NCBI GenBank assembly: GCA_963836185.1
Contig: CAWIIQ010000001.1
Coordinates: 2,144,001-2,208,000 of the forward strand
Origin: Candidatus Krumholzibacteriia bacterium
GTDB taxonomy: Bacteria; Krumholzibacteriota; Krumholzibacteriia; Krumholzibacteriales; Krumholzibacteriaceae
Direction of reading: 5' to 3'
DNA length: 64,000 nt
The notes under the pieces are model-generated. The model was not told the DNA's origin. It did no database searches and saw nothing but the letters and a program-made list of their open reading frames with translations. Positions 59,549 to 64,000 of this stretch are shown here, one piece after another. The position numbers and the translations under genes were made by a program. How positions within the stretch are numbered: position 1 is the stretch's first letter; each line of letters starts with the position of its first letter.

Positions 59549-60127
59549 CTACGAGAGATTACGAAGGACTCCCTTTGCCACCGCTTTCAGCGTGTCAAAC
59601 ACGCCTACACCCTTGACCGCGACGGCCTCGAAAGCGGGGTAGTGCTTGGGATTGAGCTCCTCTTCGAGATCTGGCACCTCGATCAGATCGGGCAGGTCCC
59701 TCTTGTTGTACTGGATCGCATAGGGAAGTTCGTCGATCTTGAGATTGTACTCGGCGAGGTTCTCGTGAAGGTTGTAAAGGCTCTCGATGTTCGCGTCATA
59801 CCTGTTTGTCTGGGAGTCGGCGACAAAGACGACACCGTCTGTCCCGCGAAGGATAAGTTTCCGTGACGCGTCGTAATAGACCTGTCCCGGCACCGTGTAG
59901 AGGTGGAACCTGGTCTTGAATCCCTTGACCGTTCCAAGTTCCAGAGGCAGGAAATCGAAGAAGAGCGTCCTGTCCATCTCGGTGGCGAGCGTGATCAGCT
60001 TGCCCTTGGTATCGGGAGACACCTTGTCATAGATGTACTGGATGTTCGTCGTCTTCCCGCACAGCCCCGGTCCGTAGTAGACGATCTTTACGTTGATCTC
60101 ACGCGAGGAGTAATTTATCAGCGACAA
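59549..60127 (-). CDS. mglA: MglA small Ras-like GTPase
   Basis: KIVYYGPGLCGKTTN, DRTLFFDF, YTVPGQ, NKRD. Confidence 0.96.
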   Translation of the reverse strand: MSLINYSSREINVKIVYYGPGLCGKTTNIQYIYDKVSPDTKGKLITLATEMDRTLFFDFLPLELGTVKGFKTRFHLYTVPGQVYYDASRKLILRGTDGVVFVADSQTNRYDANIESLYNLHENLAEYNLKIDELPYAIQYNKRDLPDLIEVPDLEEELNPKHYPAFEAVAVKGVGVFDTLKAVAKGVLRNLS

Positions 60128-60144
60128 CTCAGGCCCCTCCCCGT

Positions 60145-60645
60145 TCAGTCTGAGAACAGACTGTCTATCTCCATCTCGGCCTCGGCGGTAAATTCTTCAC
60201 CGAGCTCCTCGTGGTATTCCTCGTTTTCATACTCGAGCTTGTCATACAGGCCCCTGATGACAGCGGCGAGTCCCTCGACCGCTTTTTTCGTCCTGAGCCT
60301 GACAAGGCCGAGCGTGGTCTTCTTGTCGAACAGCACTACCAGGATGATATCCTTCTCTACCCTTGCCAGGTACATACTCTCGTTGCTCCCCTGATGATAC
60401 AGGGTCGAGAAATCCTTTTCCCCGATCAGCTTGGCCAGCTGTGCGTTAGCCTCGAAATCGGCTGCGCAGAGAGAAGCGAAGCTGTACATATCGAACCGCG
60501 GTTCTTCTCCCACGCTCGAGATCAGCTGACCAGTCTTGTCGAGAAGGATCACGCTGGTAGCGTTCGAGTTCTTCAGTAATTCCTGGAGCGTCGTACTGAT
60601 CGCCCAGTAATCCTCTTCGAATACTTTCCAGTTCGTTCTGACCAT
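60145..60645 (-). CDS. mglB: MglB roadblock/LC7 GTPase-activating protein
   Basis: LLDKTGQLI, LAKLIGEKDF, TTLGLVRLR, C-terminal IDSLFSD. Confidence 0.93.
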   Translation of the reverse strand: MVRTNWKVFEEDYWAISTTLQELLKNSNATSVILLDKTGQLISSVGEEPRFDMYSFASLCAADFEANAQLAKLIGEKDFSTLYHQGSNESMYLARVEKDIILVVLFDKKTTLGLVRLRTKKAVEGLAAVIRGLYDKLEYENEEYHEELGEEFTAEAEMEIDSLFSD

Positions 60646-60672
60646 TCTGCTTTCTCTCTCCCTTGCCCGGGA

Positions 60673-61275
60673 TCAATCGACCAACTCTCGCCCATCGAGG
60701 GCCTTGCTTATCGTACCTCTGTCGACGAACTCGAGGGAACTGCCGAGGGGTAGTCCCCTTGCCGGCCTCGTCACCTTCACATCGCATTCCCTGAACATCC
60801 GCGCGATGTAGAGTGTCGTCGTATCTCCCTCGACGCTCGGGTTTGTCGCTATGATGAGTTCAGTTATCTCTTCCTTTTCCACCCGCTCCTTCAGCACCGC
60901 CAGGTTCAACTGCTCTGGTCCCACTCCATCAAGTGGTGAAAGAACTCCGTGTAGAACATGGTAGCGGCCCCTGAAATGGCCCGATCTTTCAAGAACGTAA
61001 AGGTCAGCGGGCCGTTCAACGACGCATAACACTCCTTCGGTTCTTCCCGGGTCGCCGCAGATCGAGCAGATATCACCTTCTGCGAGACTCCCGCATCTGT
61101 TGCAATATCCGATTTCTTCTTTGACTCGCCTGAGCGCTTCGGCAAAACTCCTGACCTCCCCCTCGTTCATGTCGAGGATGGCAAATGCCAGTCTTCGCGC
61201 CGTTTTCTCCCCTACTCCAGGCAGTTTCCTGAAATGTTCTATCACTTCCTGAAGCAGCGGAAGACCCTGATCCAT
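60673..61275 (-). CDS. recR: Recombination mediator RecR
   Basis: LPGVGEKTARR, C4 zinc finger, YHVLHGVLSPLDG, TNPSVEG. Confidence 0.96.
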   Translation of the reverse strand: MDQGLPLLQEVIEHFRKLPGVGEKTARRLAFAILDMNEGEVRSFAEALRRVKEEIGYCNRCGSLAEGDICSICGDPGRTEGVLCVVERPADLYVLERSGHFRGRYHVLHGVLSPLDGVGPEQLNLAVLKERVEKEEITELIIATNPSVEGDTTTLYIARMFRECDVKVTRPARGLPLGSSLEFVDRGTISKALDGRELVD

Positions 61276-61293
61276 TGCTTTCTCCCTGTGTTT

Positions 61294-61309
61294 AGCAAGA
61301 ATCTTGCCT
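61294..61309 (-). promoter_or_regulatory. Possible sigma54 (-24/-12) promoter or palindromic operator upstream of recR-mglBA
   Basis: AGGCAAGATTCTTGCT = GG-N10-GC; contains the inverted repeat GCAAGA-T-TCTTGC. Confidence 0.4.
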
Positions 61310-61381
61310 TGTTTCATGTTCTGAGGCACGATGGGAAAAGATAAGCCGCGAAAAAGAATGGTGTTCCCTGCGGCGGAAGGT

Positions 61382-61693
61382 CTAGAACATCCCTGGCAGG
61401 CCCATTCCGCCGGTTATCGAGCTCATCCCGTCCTTCAGCATCTCTTCAATACGGCTGGCCGCCTCTGTAACCGCCGCGGCTACGAGATCTTCGAGCATCT
61501 CCACATCCTGCGGATCCACGACTTCCGGATCGATCGTCACGGAGACTACCTCGTGTCTGCCGTTCATGACCACCTTGACCATACCGCCCCCGGCTGAGGC
61601 CTCAACGCTCTTTTCAGCCAGTTCTGCCTGCATCTGGGCCATTTTCGCCTGCATCTGCTGCGCCTGTTTGAGAAGCTTGCCCATGTCCTTCAT
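61382..61693 (-). CDS. ybaB: YbaB/EbfC nucleoid-associated protein
   Basis: KQAQQMQ, AGGGMVKV, DVEMLEDLV. Confidence 0.95.
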   Translation of the reverse strand: MKDMGKLLKQAQQMQAKMAQMQAELAEKSVEASAGGGMVKVVMNGRHEVVSVTIDPEVVDPQDVEMLEDLVAAAVTEAASRIEEMLKDGMSSITGGMGLPGMF

Positions 61694-61742
61694 TATGTTC
61701 TCCCCGTCTTTCTTGTTTATTGTTTTCTCCGGGACCGCCGAA

Positions 61743-63609
61743 TCAGTCCAGGAGCTCCGCGTCCAGGCTCTTCATGATCCGGTCCAGTGCCGGGCTTTCG
61801 GTTTTTGCGGCTCCGGCTTTCTTTTTAGCGGCGCGGGGGCCCTTTTTCCCGGGCTTCGCTCCGGCAACCTGCCTGTCTGCCGGCTCAGGACCCTCTTCTG
61901 CCCCTTCCGGCTCTTTGCCGCCCGGACGCGGTTTTGTCCGCGCGTCTATCTCCATCTTTGCCTGGTTGTCGGGACTGCCCACTTTGATATCGACCGTTTC
62001 ACATGTCTCCACGGTAAATTTTCTTCCATAGAACTTTTCGAGATGATCCTCTATCAGCCGCCTGTTCTTCGCGTCTCTTATCATCGCCATGGCGAACCTG
62101 TTCTGCGGCGAAAAGGAGAGGATCAGGTTCCCATCCTCGATACCGGCGACCTCCGCCGACATCAGCCATATACCGACGGTGAGCTTCGCTTCCCTGACCT
62201 GCGCGAGAAACCGCTCCCACTCATCCCTGCCACCGAGAGCTTCAAGAAGGGGATTCTCCCTGACCGGTATCTCGGGGGTCCCGGATGGCCCTGCCGCCGG
62301 TTCTTCCGCCGGGGATGCCCCGGCCGCGGGCGAGTCGGACGGCGCGGCAGCGTCGACCATTGCCGACGACATCGCCGGCCCGGATCCTTCCGCTGCTCCC
62401 GGCCTTTCAGCCTGTCCCCGCCTGGCGGCTCCGCTGCCGTTCGCCGCGCTCCCTGATACCGCGGATGCGCCACCCTCTCCGGACTCGAGCCTGCTGATAA
62501 GTTCGCCTATCTCCACCGCCGATTCCCAGGATGCGGCTTCCGCCACGGCTGCTTCAATATGATATCGCGGATTGCTCGTACCCTTTAGCTCACGGTGCGC
62601 CCTCGACATCGAGCGGAAAATAAACAGCAGGTCCTCTATCTCGAACTTCTCCGCGATCGCGGACAGTTCCTCTATCTCGCCCGAAGTGAGGTCGAGCCAG
62701 TCGGTCCGGCCTGCCGATACCGAGATGACCAGCAGATTCCGTATCCCTTCGATGAAGCCGATGAAGAACTCTTCGAGATCCATGCCGGAAGCGGTCACCC
62801 GGTCCACTACCGAAAGCGCCTCGTTCCTGTCACGGCGGCTCACCGCGTCGAGCAGTCCGGAGACGATCTGTGAATCGACCAGTCCCAGGACCTTCCGGAC
62901 GGTATCGAGGTCGATCTTTTCTTCGGCGGCCGAAATACACTGGTCCAGCAGTGATTCCGCGTCGCGCATCGAACCGTCGGCCCTTCTGCATATCAATGTC
63001 AGCGCTTCAGCGATCGTACTTTATCTTCTCGGAATCGCATATCCTTTTGAGCTGCCCGGAGAGTTCGGACAGTTCGAGCCTCTTGAAATTGAATCTCTGG
63101 CAGCGCGACAGGATCGTAGCGGGGACCTTGTGCGGCTCTGTCGTCGCGAATATCAGGTAGACATGTCCCGGGGGTTCCTCGAGAGTCTTGAGCAGGGCAT
63201 TGAAAGCCTGCTGAGTGAGCATGTGGACCTCGTCGATGATATAGATCTTCGAGCTGGACTGCGAGGGGGCGTACCCGATCTTCTCCCTCAGGTCCCTTAT
63301 CTCATCGATCCCCCTGTTGGATGCACCGTCGATCTCTATCATGTCGAGATGGTTGCCGCTGTTTACGGAGACGCATGAGGAGCACTTGTTGCATGGCTCG
63401 CCGTTGTCGGGTTCCTCGCAGTTGATGATCTTCGCGAGCAGCCGAGCCGTCGTGGTCTTGCCGCAACCGCGCGGTCCAGAAAAGAGATAGGCATGCGCCA
63501 GCCTGCCCTTCTCGTAGGCCTTCTGGAGTGTGGACGTGACATGGTCCTGGCCGACTACCTCGGCGAAGGTCCCGGGTCTCCATTTTCTGGCAAGCACGAG
63601 ATAAGACAT
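61743..63609 (-). CDS. dnaX: DNA polymerase III subunit gamma/tau, frameshift near 63013
   Basis: LARKWRP, GPRGCGKTT, IDEVHML, LSRCQ / ADGSMRDAESLLDQ in the next frame. Confidence 0.93.
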
Positions 63610-63639
63610 GAGCGCAGTCCCCCGGTAAGAAGTTCAGGA

Positions 63640-63908
63640 GACCGTGCACCCGGAATCGAAAGGCACCCCCGGCTCTTGCGTCAGGGTTAGCTCCTGTCAG
63701 GATACCCGCGGCACATAAGAATGACTGCGTACCGCTGCTACCTTCCGGTCCTGACGGGGTTGGCAGGTTCTCATTGCGCGGGTCCTGGCACTCAACACCA
63801 CTTCCCGCCGCCGATCGCTCGGAGACAACGCTCCCTCAACCGGGAATTCGGCCCCGCTATAGCGGATTGCGGGTGCAGGGCACCGCTAATTCCCCGCCTA
63901 GCACGATC
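63640..63908 (-). ncRNA. ffs: Signal recognition particle RNA, large (Alu-containing) bacterial type
   Basis: 5' GATCGTGCTAGGCGGGG..AGCGGTGCCCTG..CCGCAATCCGCTATAGCGGG Alu domain; helix 8 TCAGGACCGGAAGGTAGCAG; 3' GGGTGCACGGTC pairs with the 5' end. Confidence 0.93.
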
Positions 63909-63919
63909 TCTGATAGAAA

Positions 63920-63995
63920 TGGTGGAGATGATCGGATTCGAACCGACGACCCCCTCGTTGCGAACGAGGTGCTCTCCCAGCTGAGCTACATCCCC
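63920..63995 (-). tRNA. tRNA-Ala(CGC)
   Basis: GGGGATG acceptor with G3:U70, CCTCG-TTCGCAA-CGAGG, GGTTCGAATCC, CCA. Confidence 0.97.
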
Positions 63996-64000
63996 ACCCT

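Noticed and set aside
62990-63020. Programmed frameshift in dnaX (gamma/tau)
   Set aside because: The break is at about residue 200, within the clamp-loader core, not at the known late slippery site; there is no A-run or hairpin
103-63984. Many long antisense or alternative-frame ORFs (e.g. 6420..7466, 7418..8437, 23217..24344, 45739..47025) and ORFs over the tRNA and SRP genes
   Set aside because: Shadow ORFs expected from GC-rich codon bias opposite well-supported genes; no recognisable motifs
1-64000. High abundance of TCGA/GATC words as a HIP1-like repeat, or a CRISPR array
   Set aside because: Plausibly explained by ATC/CTC/GTC followed by GAN codon usage; no regularly spaced repeats were seen

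Overview
This is a GC-rich, gene-dense core chromosomal region from a diderm bacterium, with almost all genes on the - strand. Gene content suggests an anaerobic FCB-group lineage such as Ca. Krumholzibacteriota/Latescibacterota, which is an inference only. From left to right: (1) a ~15 kb lipid-linked glycosylation locus with polyprenol-P-mannose synthase, a YfhO GT-C, GT2/GT4 enzymes, an epimerase, a flippase-like protein, a methyltransferase and two tandem DUF2723/TMEM260-like GT-C+TPR genes whose catalytic halves are nearly identical at DNA level while their TPR halves have diverged; (2) an FMN-riboswitch-led ribD-ribE-ribBA-ribH-nusB operon; (3) selA, a degenerate MinD/BY-kinase-like-TM-SPOR gene, smc and ftsY behind a promoter overlapped by tandem NrdR-like boxes, divergent from an amidase lipoprotein and a TonB-family gene; (4) envelope and housekeeping genes (LpoA-like, gamma-CA, DUF151, PpiC-TPR, manC, manB, rpsF-rpsR-rplI, pth, rplY, prs, tRNA-Gln, spoVG, ispE); (5) a second glycan cluster (DUF362, UbiA-type DPPR synthase, O-antigen ligase, a WecA-PglF-like fusion, GT4s, gmhA, an SLBB exporter); (6) alaS-recX-recA-thpR-cinA-pgpA, mglAB, recR-ybaB-dnaX, a large SRP RNA and tRNA-Ala. 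Several genes, including essential dnaX, carry single-base frameshifts typical of long-read assembly error. No mobile element or CRISPR array was seen.
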